Shown here one piece after another: positions 44,937 to 53,830 of a DNA stretch of 64,000 nt. The notes beneath the pieces were generated by a model, which did no database searches, was not told where the DNA came from, and saw nothing but the letters and a program-made list of their open reading frames with translations. The stretch is from contig JAEXRW010000040.1 in the NCBI GenBank assembly GCA_023454175.1, positions 1,925-65,924 of the forward strand, read 5' to 3'. The translations under genes were made by a program, and so were the position numbers. Source of the DNA: Bacillota bacterium (GTDB lineage Bacteria; Bacillota; Clostridia; Christensenellales; JAEXRW01). Within the stretch, counting starts at the first letter, position 1; each line of letters starts with the position of its first letter.

Positions 44937-47300
44937 CTATTTCATGGAAGCCCAGGCTTCGGCGACCTGATCCCTTACTTTTTTGAAACTCATTTTGATG
45001 AGGGCATGGTATGCGCAGAATTCAGTGTAAAAAACGCCCCATGCCTCTCTGTATTCCTCCAACGCCGCGGCCGTATCATCGCCGGGGGTGGGGCCGAGCC
45101 TTTTTTGTTCTTCAAAGTATTTTTCCTGGAGCATGTTCAGCCTTTCGCGTTTTTCCAGCAGCACCCCGCGTAATTCTTCATCCCCCATCCCTTTGGACGC
45201 CAGGAACTTCAGCCAGCCGTTCAGTTTGGCATGGGATTCCATGGTGCGGTTTATGATGCACAGGTATGGCATGATGGACGCACGGCGCTGGGACTGCAGG
45301 TCTCCCTGCAGCGATGAACCGTCGGCCTTTCGCAGCACCCGTTCGGTTTCAGCCGTCCATATCGCGGTCGCCGGGTTCATCCCGTCCTGGGCCGCCTCGG
45401 CGGTTGTTTCGCTCATGATGCGGAAGATCTGGTCGGCCTCGATGGAGCCCGCCTGGCCCATGAGTATCCCCGCTTCCCTCGCCATCTTTTCGCATTCCAT
45501 GAATTTTTTGCTGCCTATCAGGGGGATGGCGCCAATGGCTTCGCGCACATGCGGCACCATGTCCTGGTCTGCCGACCCCAGCAGCACCCACTTGTGCTTG
45601 TGGCGGGTGTCCGTCAGCAGGGATGGCGTCCCCAGGATTTTCGCTTCCTCGATCATGAATTTGATTTTGTCAAATGGGTCGAGGATGGGGCGGGGGGTCT
45701 TTTTCCGGTTCCGGTTGTCTACGAATGCGCTGAAAGGTTCGATGATGCCGATGGGCATCAGGAGCATGCGCTCCGGGATATGGGGATTTTTGATGATCTC
45801 CCGCCACACGCGCCTCGCCGTCAGCGCATCCAGGCAAAGCCACATCCCCATCTTCAGGATGTCTACAGAAAGCGTGGAGTAAACGGATTGGATCCGCTGT
45901 GCCGCTGTCGCCGCAGTATAAACGGGGTCCACAGGGCGTCCATCGCATACGATGACGCCTGCCTTATCCGAATAATCGGCCAGGTATGTCAGCTCCGAAG
46001 CGGTGAAGTATTCCAGCAGGTTCGGCAGCCACGCATCCTCGTTCTGGTCGCATACCGCTACATATTTGAGTCCCGCTTCCCTGGCTGCGTCGATGACCCG
46101 GCAGGTTTTTTCCACGCGCGGCGTCATATGGAAAGTGGTCTCTGTAGCCAGTGAATCTTCTTTTGCAACATCCAGCAAAAGGAACAGTGCCGTCACTGCT
46201 TTTTCCGGTTTGTCGATCCCCTGCATCACGGCCCGTGCAAAGGGGACCATTTCTTTGATATCGCTGATGTCGATGGCACCGCCGATATCCGGCAGGAACT
46301 CCCGCTCATCAGCCGGTACCCGCTGCACATACTCCCTGTACCTGTTCAGCTGCTCCCGCAGTTCCTTCTGCGCATATTCCACCCTGTCGCCCATCACACT
46401 TGGTTTGGGACGGAATAGGTGGCCGCGTTCCGGCGCGATATCCTGGATCCCCGGGTGCGAAAAGCCGCTGTAGGGGATGGATTGTATGTCTTCGGAGATG
46501 TTGCTGCTGGTAGGGATGGATGCCGCAAAAAGCCGCGTGGCCAGTGCCAGGGTTGGGGCGATCGGGGCTACCGCCTGCCCGGGTACGATCAGCTCGCCGT
46601 CGAGCCCATAAGTGAGGTCCATTTCCCCCAGGGATTGGGCCTCAGGGGAGAGGGCGATCCCCATGGTATAAAAATAGCCAGCGTCGCCATCGCTGGCGGA
46701 GACGAAATGCATCATCCCGGCGGGGTTTTCATGCAGCTTGTTCACCCGGGCCCGCCCCTTTGGCGGCAGGGGGAATCGGCCGTGCTTCGCCATGGCTTCC
46801 CAGCCCAATCGCAGGGCTATCTTCGCCCTGTCCGTAAAAAGGAAGCGGATTTCGCTGAAAGGCCCCACATTCAGGAGGTCCCTCTGGGCGCGGTCAATGA
46901 TCTTCACCGCCACCAGCGCGATTTTTTCGAGATGATGGCTGACATCCATCTCCCCGAACTGGACCGATTCATCGGCAGGACGGCAGGAATTCAGGAGTTT
47001 TTGTTCCAGGTCCGCGGGACAGGCCAGCTTGTATAGCGTCCTTGCTTCTTCCAGCACCGCAAGCACATCCTCTTTGGAGAGTCCGCCGCCTGCAAGTCCG
47101 GCAAAAATGATATCCAGTTCGGAGATTTTCACGCCGGCATGGATGGTCACGATGTTGAGGTCCAGCCGCCCAAGGTCGCCGGGCGGCTCCGGCCGGAACA
47201 CCAGCCCGGCATCGGGAGCTTCTTTGCTCCCTTTCATGGCCAGTGAAATGATATTCGGATGATATCTGGCTTTGCGCCTTCCCGTATATGTTGTTTCCAT
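44937..47300 (-). CDS. 787-aa protein of unknown function (first gene of the candidate operon)
   Basis: Uninterrupted ORF with host-like codon usage and SD AGAGGG. No signal peptide, TM, Walker A, metal-cluster or other motif that I recognise. Confidence 0.8.
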   Translation of the reverse strand: METTYTGRRKARYHPNIISLAMKGSKEAPDAGLVFRPEPPGDLGRLDLNIVTIHAGVKISELDIIFAGLAGGGLSKEDVLAVLEEARTLYKLACPADLEQKLLNSCRPADESVQFGEMDVSHHLEKIALVAVKIIDRAQRDLLNVGPFSEIRFLFTDRAKIALRLGWEAMAKHGRFPLPPKGRARVNKLHENPAGMMHFVSASDGDAGYFYTMGIALSPEAQSLGEMDLTYGLDGELIVPGQAVAPIAPTLALATRLFAASIPTSSNISEDIQSIPYSGFSHPGIQDIAPERGHLFRPKPSVMGDRVEYAQKELREQLNRYREYVQRVPADEREFLPDIGGAIDISDIKEMVPFARAVMQGIDKPEKAVTALFLLLDVAKEDSLATETTFHMTPRVEKTCRVIDAAREAGLKYVAVCDQNEDAWLPNLLEYFTASELTYLADYSDKAGVIVCDGRPVDPVYTAATAAQRIQSVYSTLSVDILKMGMWLCLDALTARRVWREIIKNPHIPERMLLMPIGIIEPFSAFVDNRNRKKTPRPILDPFDKIKFMIEEAKILGTPSLLTDTRHKHKWVLLGSADQDMVPHVREAIGAIPLIGSKKFMECEKMAREAGILMGQAGSIEADQIFRIMSETTAEAAQDGMNPATAIWTAETERVLRKADGSSLQGDLQSQRRASIMPYLCIINRTMESHAKLNGWLKFLASKGMGDEELRGVLLEKRERLNMLQEKYFEEQKRLGPTPGDDTAAALEEYREAWGVFYTEFCAYHALIKMSFKKVRDQVAEAWASMK

Positions 47301-48112
47301 TGTGCCCTCTTTTCTGTTCGCCTATGCCGCGCGGTGGTCTCCTTGCTTTCGTTTATACAGGTTCGTTTGCATCGCTTTTCCCTTGAAATGGATGCGCAAA
47401 TATACAGGTGTGGCATCCACAGGGCGCTCGCTGATTGTATCGTTGCGACGGCACATACGGTCAGGTCCGCGTTTTATTACCACCTTTCTACATGTATATG
47501 CAATTTATTGCTGTATGTGACATTATACAAACGGGTATATAGATAGAACTCTTTGTAATATCTAATAGGGATCGACCCTCGGTTCTTTCCTTTTGGCGCG
47601 GAAAGGGTGTGGGCTGATTCAGGCAATGTAGCCCGTTTGCCCCGCATTTGCTCTGAGTAATGCGGTCATTGGGAAGCAGTCGCAAGCCGGTGGTTGCGTT
47701 TGTAGCCCGTAAACTGCTTCATCTAAATATAGATCCATGCCGAGCAGCGGTTTGTGTAGTGATATGTGTTTGATAATGCACCAGTGATGCATTCTTTCTG
47801 AGTGCAATATATCTTTAGGCGGTCCAGAATGGCCAGCGCGCGAGCTGCGCGTATGCAAGGCATAGTGAGTATTGGGAAGGAAATTGACAACACTCGAATG
47901 TTATCAAATTCAATCATGCCGAGAAGCGACATGTGCGGTGCGAGGCATACCTTAAGGGAAAGGGGGTATCCGGGCGGCCGCGCGCGCAGCCCGGTATCTA
48001 GGGGGCAGCCAAGGCTCCCCGGAAAACAAGAAAAAGCGGCATCAGCCGCCTTTCCTGCAATAATATGCGTATCAAGCCGTTGCGCTATGACTGCAACGTA
48101 TGTAAGTAGTGC
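47301..48112. other. ~0.8-kb hairpin-dense non-coding region (possible leader/ncRNA)
   Basis: No credible ORF. Hairpins at 47611-47634, 47642-47665 and 47673-47720. GTAGCCCGT twice. 14-nt direct repeat CATGCCGAG[C/A]AGCG at 47736-47749 and 47915-47928. Confidence 0.35.
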
Positions 48113-48148
48113 AATCGTAAAAGCGGGATGGTTTCCGATCCTCCCGCT
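48113..48148 (-). terminator. intrinsic terminator of the RsfA-like gene
   Basis: Stem AGCGGGA (48122-48128)/TCCCGCT (48142-48148) with inner pairing. Minus strand then reads TTTTACGATT. Confidence 0.65.
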
Positions 48149-48169
48149 TTTATCCTTTTGTACGGCGTC

Positions 48170-49147
48170 CTATTCCCGCGCGATCAGTTTCTCGCATTCT
48201 TCCACGTTCCGGGACAGTTCGTCGATATACCGGCCCAGGCTGGATACCTTGTTCACCTGGTTCTGCATCAGGAAGTCCCTGTTCACGTTCATCAGCTGCC
48301 TCAGCATCGCCAGCAGGCTGTTCATCTGCTCCCGCATCTTTTCGTTGCGCGAGGACTGCGTGAGGATCCGGGAGAGCAGCTTATCCTGTTCGTCCTTCAG
48401 TTCGCCGATCTTCCGCTGCATAGTGGCTTCCCTGCGCAGCGCCTCCTCCAGCGCCTCGTGGTCGGTGGCGTCGCCTGCTTCCAGGTTTTTCTGCACGGTC
48501 TCGGAGGCCAGCGCCGCCAGCATCCCCAGCCCCTTGAAGAAGGATTGTGCGTCCATCCCTAGCGTGGTGTGGATGTCGTCCACCATCCGTCCCATCACCT
48601 CCACCAGGTCGTACCTGCGCTTCTCGTAGGTGTGGGACTCGCGGTGCCTCGCCGCCCGGCCCTCGTACGGGTCGAACCAGCTCTTGCCTTCCTCTTTCAT
48701 CTTCTCCATCACGTGGTGCACCATGTCGGGGTTGGTCTTCAGGATGTTCCTGTACTTGTTCTGGTAGCGGAGCATCATCTTCTTGTCCCCGCTGCCCAGG
48801 CGCATCGTGCACGAGCGCACCGAGATGCCGTTGGCCTGTGCGCTGAGCACCTCTTCCACCAGGTCTTCGATCTCCATGTCCGAAAAGGGAACAAACGCCG
48901 CGGGTTTCTTCAGTTCGGGGTCGTTTTCCTCCCCCGCCGTCGCATAGTAAAAGTTGCGCACGCTGTTGGGCCGGCGTTTGGTCGTGCTGGCCACGCGTTC
49001 AAAGACAGTCCGGAGCGGCCTGTTGTCCTCGCGCGCCTTTTTCACTTCATCCCACAGCAATGCTTTTTCGCTTTCGCTCCAGCCTGCTTTCTTTGCCCGG
49101 AGTAAATTTTCTATCCCTTGAGCGGGCTGCATGCCAGCAGTGTCCAT
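48170..49147 (-). CDS. Myb/SANT-like (RsfA-family-like) DNA-binding protein with C-terminal coiled coil
   Basis: SD AGGAGG. GWSESEKALLWDEVKKA...LRTVFERVA...RRPNSVRNFYY resembles the RsfA N-terminal domain. C-terminal heptad-rich region. Confidence 0.6.
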   Translation of the reverse strand: MDTAGMQPAQGIENLLRAKKAGWSESEKALLWDEVKKAREDNRPLRTVFERVASTTKRRPNSVRNFYYATAGEENDPELKKPAAFVPFSDMEIEDLVEEVLSAQANGISVRSCTMRLGSGDKKMMLRYQNKYRNILKTNPDMVHHVMEKMKEEGKSWFDPYEGRAARHRESHTYEKRRYDLVEVMGRMVDDIHTTLGMDAQSFFKGLGMLAALASETVQKNLEAGDATDHEALEEALRREATMQRKIGELKDEQDKLLSRILTQSSRNEKMREQMNSLLAMLRQLMNVNRDFLMQNQVNKVSSLGRYIDELSRNVEECEKLIARE

Positions 49148-49580
49148 ATACGATTCCTCCTATTTGTCGGTCTCATTTTTATACTGGATATTATTCTCAT
49201 GGGCAGCCCTCAATATTCCTTGTGTATCATAAAATTCCATTATTTTTTCAATAAAAAAGCAATGGATACTTCCCACTGCTTTGGTGTGGTATATATTATG
49301 CCTTTATATGCGGCGTTTAGAACGGCGTCCAGGCCCTGTGAAACGCGCTTTTCCCGCATTTTTTGCTGTGAATCCTCCACAGGTATGATGTGTCACGTCG
49401 GCCTACCAATGCGGTGAAGCCTCGCCCGTGTGTTATGAAATGGCAGGGTTTTTACAGGGAGGATATGCTGTAATAGCCATTTGCCCGGTCACTTGTGGAT
49501 AGACTGCATTGCAAACCTTCACCCAGCATCTGCTTCATTGCCAGAATACAGGATTCCACGCAACACGGACATCGCTTTTG

Positions 49581-49610
49581 TATAGCAAAAGGCGGCTTAT
49601 TACAGCCGCC
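49581..49610 (-). terminator. intrinsic terminator of asnS
   Basis: Stem GGCGGCT (49591-49597)/AGCCGCC (49604-49610). Minus strand then reads TTTTGCTATA. It sits ~145 nt after the stop, beyond repeat locus E. Confidence 0.7.
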
Positions 49611-49635
49611 CATGAATCTATCTCTTTATGTGTCA

Positions 49636-49750
49636 GCAGGCTCCCCAAAACGAATCTGTGAGTCGCTTTGGGCTGGGGGTAACCCCCGCAGGTCTATAGC
49701 CCAAAGGGCATACCATGATTCTTAATTATTAATTATTAATTCTTAATTTT
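49636..49750. repeat. modular intergenic repeat, locus E
   Basis: Hairpin CCAAAACGA..TCGCTTTGG; C-box CCCCCGCAGG (49683-49692); TCTATAGCCCAAAGGGCATACC; heptamers TTAATTM x4-5 (49715-49749) ending 4 nt before the asnS stop codon. Confidence 0.75.
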
Positions 49751-49753
49751 TTA

Positions 49754-51148
49754 TCAGAATTGAGCGTTTCCCACGGTACGCGGGAACGGGACGCAGTCCC
49801 GTATGTTCTGCATCCCCGTGATATACATCAGCGCCCGCTCAAAGCCCAGCCCGTACCCCGCGTGCGGCGTCCCGCCGAACCTGCGCAGGTCCAGGTACCA
49901 CCAATACGCGCTCTCGTCCATCCCCGTCTCACGGATGCGGCGCTGTAATACATCCAGCCGTTCCTCCCTCTGGCTCCCGCCGATGATCTCTCCCACGCCC
50001 GGGACGAGGAGGTCCATGGCCGCAACGGTTTTATCATCATTATTTAACCGCATGTAAAATGCCTTGATCTCTTTCGGGTAGTCGATCACGAAAACCGGTT
50101 TCTTCACCAGTTTCTCCGTCAGGTAGCGTTCGTGCTCCGTCTGCAGGTCCGTCCCCCAGGATACGGGGTAAGCGAACGGTTCGCCGGATTTTTGCAGTTG
50201 CTTGACCGCCTCTGTATAGGTCATGCGCTCGAAGTCTGAATTAACAATGAAGTTTAATCGCTCCAGGATCCCTTCCTGTACAAACTTGTTGAAGAATTCC
50301 ATCTCCTGCGGCGCCTTGTCCAGCACGTACCGGATGGTGTATTTCATCATGTCCTCGGCCAGCTGCATGTCGTCGGTGATGTCCGCAAACGCGATCTCGG
50401 GCTCGATCATCCAGAATTCCGCCGCGTGCCTAGTGGTGTTCGAGTTTTCCGCGCGGAACGTGGGCCCAAAGGTATATACCTTGCCGAAGGCCAGCGCGTA
50501 CGTTTCCGCGTTCAGCTGCCCGCTCACTGTCAGGCTCGCCTTCTTCCCGAAGAAGTCGGCCTCATAATCGATCTCCCCGCCCTCTTTTCTGGGCGGGTTG
50601 CCCACATCCAGCGTGGTCACCTGAAACATCTCCCCCGCGCCCTCGCAGTCGCTGCAGGTGATGATCGGGGAATGTACGTAGACGAATCCGCGCTTCTGGA
50701 AAAATTCATGGATGGCCGCCGCCAGCAGCGAGCGCACGCGGAATACGGCGGAAAATGTATTGGTCCGCGGCCTCAGGTGTGCGATCTCGCGCAGGTATTC
50801 GAAGGAATGCCGCTTCTTCTGCAGCGGGTACTCCTCAGGGCTCGATCCGATGAGTTCCACCGCCGATGCCTTGACTTCGTAGGGCTGCTTGGCTTCGGGC
50901 GTCAGTATGAATGTGCCCGTGACCTTTACGGCGCTTCCCGTGCCACTGCGTCTGCCTTCTTCGAAATTCTTCGTTCCTTCGTCCATCACGATCTGCATCC
51001 CCGTGAAGCTCGTCCCGTCGTTGATCTCCAGGAAGGCCAGGCTCTTTGCATCCCGCAGCGTGCGCACCCACCCGCAGAGCGTTACTTCCTGTCCGCCGTA
51101 CTTTTCCGGTTCCCTGTGCAGTTCCCTGATCTCATGCGTATACAGCAT
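49754..51148 (-). CDS. asnS: asparagine--tRNA ligase
   Basis: N-terminal OB fold ([21 protein letters not shown]). Class II motifs ([42 protein letters not shown]). Confidence 0.95.
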   Translation of the reverse strand: MLYTHEIRELHREPEKYGGQEVTLCGWVRTLRDAKSLAFLEINDGTSFTGMQIVMDEGTKNFEEGRRSGTGSAVKVTGTFILTPEAKQPYEVKASAVELIGSSPEEYPLQKKRHSFEYLREIAHLRPRTNTFSAVFRVRSLLAAAIHEFFQKRGFVYVHSPIITCSDCEGAGEMFQVTTLDVGNPPRKEGGEIDYEADFFGKKASLTVSGQLNAETYALAFGKVYTFGPTFRAENSNTTRHAAEFWMIEPEIAFADITDDMQLAEDMMKYTIRYVLDKAPQEMEFFNKFVQEGILERLNFIVNSDFERMTYTEAVKQLQKSGEPFAYPVSWGTDLQTEHERYLTEKLVKKPVFVIDYPKEIKAFYMRLNNDDKTVAAMDLLVPGVGEIIGGSQREERLDVLQRRIRETGMDESAYWWYLDLRRFGGTPHAGYGLGFERALMYITGMQNIRDCVPFPRTVGNAQF

Positions 51149-51230
51149 TCCTTACACCTCGTCTATCGATTATGTTTATTTTTGCGTAGTCAAAGGTTAT
51201 TATCCCGGGTAAGAGCAGCAAACCTCATTA

Positions 51231-51275
51231 ATCTCCGCAGGGCATTCCAAAACAGCCAACTGTCAACTCTACTTG
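51231..51275. repeat. modular intergenic repeat, locus F1 (short)
   Basis: CTCCGCAGGGCATTCC, then CCAACTG/TCAACTC heptamers. Enclosed by the ATTCCAAA/TTTGGAAT stem. Confidence 0.5.
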
Positions 51276-51357
51276 AAATACTTTGGAATTATCCGATTAT
51301 CCTTATATAACATGATACAGGATATTGGTATTTGCCCTGTTCCGACGCTTCTCATCC

Positions 51358-51530
51358 TAAAGCCTCCCTTAAACGGATGTATAGCATCCGTATGTAATGG
51401 GAGGTGGCAGCCTCAAAGCGACCCAAAATGATCCGCAAATGGGCCGTGTTCCTATGGCGTCGCATACTGCCGGAGGGATTCCAAGCATAAGTGTAGATGA
51501 GTCCAACAATATTAACAGTCTTCTGCTGGT
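51358..51530. repeat. copy 2 of the ~180-nt hairpin-rich element (copy 1 at 180-360)
   Basis: Same block order as copy 1. The CGGATG/CATCCG stem is kept while its loop differs (CAGCG vs TATAG). The GGCAG/CTGCC and GCGAC/GTCGC stems are kept around a different-length insert. Confidence 0.5.
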
Positions 51531-51560
51531 GCCGTGTCAGGCATGCATGTATCAACTGCT

Positions 51561-51638
51561 ACCCCCGCAGGCCATTAAACCATGCCCGCAAGGGCATTCC
51601 GCAATTATACATTGTACATTATACATTATACATTTTTA
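51561..51638. repeat. modular intergenic repeat, locus F2
   Basis: C-box ACCCCCGCAGG (51561-51571); hairpin ATGCCC-GCAA-GGGCAT (51582-51597); heptamers ATTRTAC x4-5 (51604-51638). Confidence 0.75.
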
Positions 51639-51773
51639 TTTACCCCAAGACAGTATGCTGCACTTGCCATGTCCACCGGGCAAACCCATTCTATCATAAA
51701 TCAATACGAATATACATGTGTGTATATTGAATATATATAGGGGAGGATCATATTGGCATCGGAGGATGTGCCC

Positions 51774-52862
51774 ATGGCCGAGACGCCCCCCCTCATTGTG
51801 ATGTTCGTGAAGGAAGGCAGCTTCCTTGCCTATATCGATGGCTCCCCTTTGGGGGAAGTCACCGCCGGCGCCGACCCCCTGTGCATCCCCTTCGCACCCG
51901 AAGGCACGCACTACATCCTCATGATCCCCCTGCACAGCGACGAATACACCCCCTGGCTCCCCTCCGCCTACAAGCTGAATTTTTCCCGGGGCGAGCTCGT
52001 TCTCCCTGTTTCGGGGCAGATGGAGGTCATCCACTGGCCCGGCCATATTTTCTCCGTGGAGATCTCCCCTTCCCGCGCACAGGCAGGCGCCTCTTCCGGC
52101 CATATCGTGCGGCAGCTGGAGTGGCGTCCGCGCGCGCAGCAAAGCCTGCTGGCCACCCTGTATTATGATGGCAGCCTCCACCTGGCCCTGGAGGATACCG
52201 CGCACGGCGAGACGGTCTGGCAGAGCGACTTCCGTTCCATGCACTCCGGCACGCTGGAGACCGTACAGATAGTCTCCCCGGAGTCCCGCGAGCTGGTCGT
52301 ACAGGCCCAGGGAAAAGGCAGCGGCAGGAGCCTGGTGCTTTCATGGGATTCATCCGTCGTAGCCTTGCTGGATGAGGAGAGCGACAGCCTCACCTTTTCG
52401 GGCGGGCAGGGCGGCGCGCAGGCCGTCTGCGTGAAAAAGCTGGGGGATCTTGCCGGCCACACCTGCACCAAAACGTTTGTCATGGAGGAGGGTGCGTTTA
52501 CGCTCAGGTCCGCCGAATACGTCGCCCCGCAGCCGCCTGTGAAGGCGGATTCCCCGCTGAAGGTCGCCACGGCTTTCCTCGATGCGGTCGTGCTGGGTCT
52601 GAAGGACGAGGCCATGTCCTTTTTGACCTCCTCCCTGAAAAGCGGTCTGTCCATGGACGACCTGAAGGCATATTTTGACGGTTACGCCCGCCACGCGCGC
52701 CCGCCCTTCATCCAGGCGTGCGAGGGCTGCTCCATGGCCTGCCTGGGCCTGCTTTACCAGAAGGCCCCCCGTTTCTGCAAGGCGCGCATCTTCAAATTCG
52801 AGATGCAGAAGACCGATGCTCCCCATACCGCCTTCCTCATTTCAAATATCGATGAATCCTGA
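51774..52862 (+). CDS. hypothetical cytoplasmic protein (362 aa)
   Basis: Track start is TTG 51753; ATG 51774 has SD GGAGGA + 7 nt. Host-like composition. No motif recognised. Confidence 0.7.
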   Translation: MAETPPLIVMFVKEGSFLAYIDGSPLGEVTAGADPLCIPFAPEGTHYILMIPLHSDEYTPWLPSAYKLNFSRGELVLPVSGQMEVIHWPGHIFSVEISPSRAQAGASSGHIVRQLEWRPRAQQSLLATLYYDGSLHLALEDTAHGETVWQSDFRSMHSGTLETVQIVSPESRELVVQAQGKGSGRSLVLSWDSSVVALLDEESDSLTFSGGQGGAQAVCVKKLGDLAGHTCTKTFVMEEGAFTLRSAEYVAPQPPVKADSPLKVATAFLDAVVLGLKDEAMSFLTSSLKSGLSMDDLKAYFDGYARHARPPFIQACEGCSMACLGLLYQKAPRFCKARIFKFEMQKTDAPHTAFLISNIDES

Positions 52863-52918
52863 ACAAAGAGTCTGACCGACCGTACGGTTGATAAACCATG
52901 TATTGTGTTGCCCGTATA

Positions 52919-52927
52919 TGGTATAAT
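52919..52927 (+). promoter_or_regulatory. extended -10 box for 52978..53811
   Basis: TGGTATAAT (TG 52919-52920, TATAAT 52922-52927), ~50 nt upstream of the ATG. Confidence 0.5.
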
Positions 52928-52977
52928 CATCTTGATATTTACATCTTTCACGCAAAAGAAGAAAGGGGATTGTCACC

Positions 52978-53811
52978 ATGCGAAGCATCCACAATAGGTC
53001 AGCCTCCATATCTGCCCGTACCGTTTTCATGCGCTTAGCCGTGCTTCTGGCTGTCATTGCCATGCTTGCTGCGCTATTCCCCGGTTGTTCAGCGGTATCG
53101 CTTTCCGGGGCCTGGCACAATGAAGACCTGCAGCAGGTGCTGCGGTTCCATGATGACGGCACCGTGGTCATCCGTACCGCAGAAGGGGACTTCGAAGCCA
53201 AATACATCTTTGACGGCAAGACCGGCCAGGGCATGGTCTCGCTGGACGACCAGGCCCTCACCCTTCAGCTGGCCGGGGATGATCTCGTCCTGTCTGATAA
53301 AGGCGTCGAAAGTACGTTTGTCCGCGGCGAGATGGATATCCAGGTCGCCGCCGCCTCGCCTTCGCAGGAGCAGTCTCAGGCACCGTCGCCCACACCGGAG
53401 CCCTCCGCCACCGTATCGGCCGAAGCGTCCCCCTCGCCATCGAATGCGCCGCCTACGCCCAAACCGTCTGCCAGCATATCCGTATCCAAGCCATCCATAA
53501 AGCCCATTGCATCCAAACTGCCCAAGATCAGCGGCCTGATATCAGGGGATATCATCAATAAGCTTGTGGGCTCCATCGTTGGCAGCTGGGTATGGCAGGA
53601 TGACAGTGACGTGGTGCTCACGTTGAAGTCCGATAAGTCCTTCGTTTTGAAAATGGCTGGTCAGCCTACACAGGCAACCGGCACCTATAAATACAATGCA
53701 ACCACCAAAACCGGCCAGTTGGACAGCGACCCGCCCGCCTCGGATATGTCATTTACCGTAGATGGAGACACCATGACGTGGCATGACGGAAAAGTATTTA
53801 AGCGCAAATAA
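52978..53811 (+). CDS. lipoprotein with two lipocalin-like modules joined by a P/S-rich linker
   Basis: Lipobox LFPGC. Modules GAWHNED..LRFHDDGTVV..KYIFDGKTGQG and GSWVWQDDSD..LKSDKSF..TYKYNATTKTG. Linker SPSQEQSQAPSPTPEPS. Confidence 0.7.
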   Translation: MRSIHNRSASISARTVFMRLAVLLAVIAMLAALFPGCSAVSLSGAWHNEDLQQVLRFHDDGTVVIRTAEGDFEAKYIFDGKTGQGMVSLDDQALTLQLAGDDLVLSDKGVESTFVRGEMDIQVAAASPSQEQSQAPSPTPEPSATVSAEASPSPSNAPPTPKPSASISVSKPSIKPIASKLPKISGLISGDIINKLVGSIVGSWVWQDDSDVVLTLKSDKSFVLKMAGQPTQATGTYKYNATTKTGQLDSDPPASDMSFTVDGDTMTWHDGKVFKRK

Positions 53812-53830
53812 GCTCACAGACGGGGCAAAA

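Noticed and set aside
44937-47300. Assigning the 787-aa protein to a TIM-barrel aldolase-like family
   Set aside because: A faint, from-memory resemblance of a few short segments (e.g. ..ILKMGMW.., ..LLTDTRHKHKW.., ..GQAGSIE..) to a small archaeal aldolase-type family is too weak and unverifiable without a profile search. Left as unknown.
47611-47665. TPP-riboswitch-like strings (CTGAG, CTGATTCAGGCAATGTAGCC)
   Set aside because: The order and sequence of the conserved THI-box elements do not fit on either strand. The resemblance is limited to a few nucleotides.
51149-51560. T-box leader for asnS
   Set aside because: I looked on both strands for the AGGGTGGNACCGCG T-box sequence, the AGAGA box and a specifier-loop context. 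GGGAGGTGGCAGC (plus strand, wrong orientation for asnS) is only superficially similar. No T-box called.
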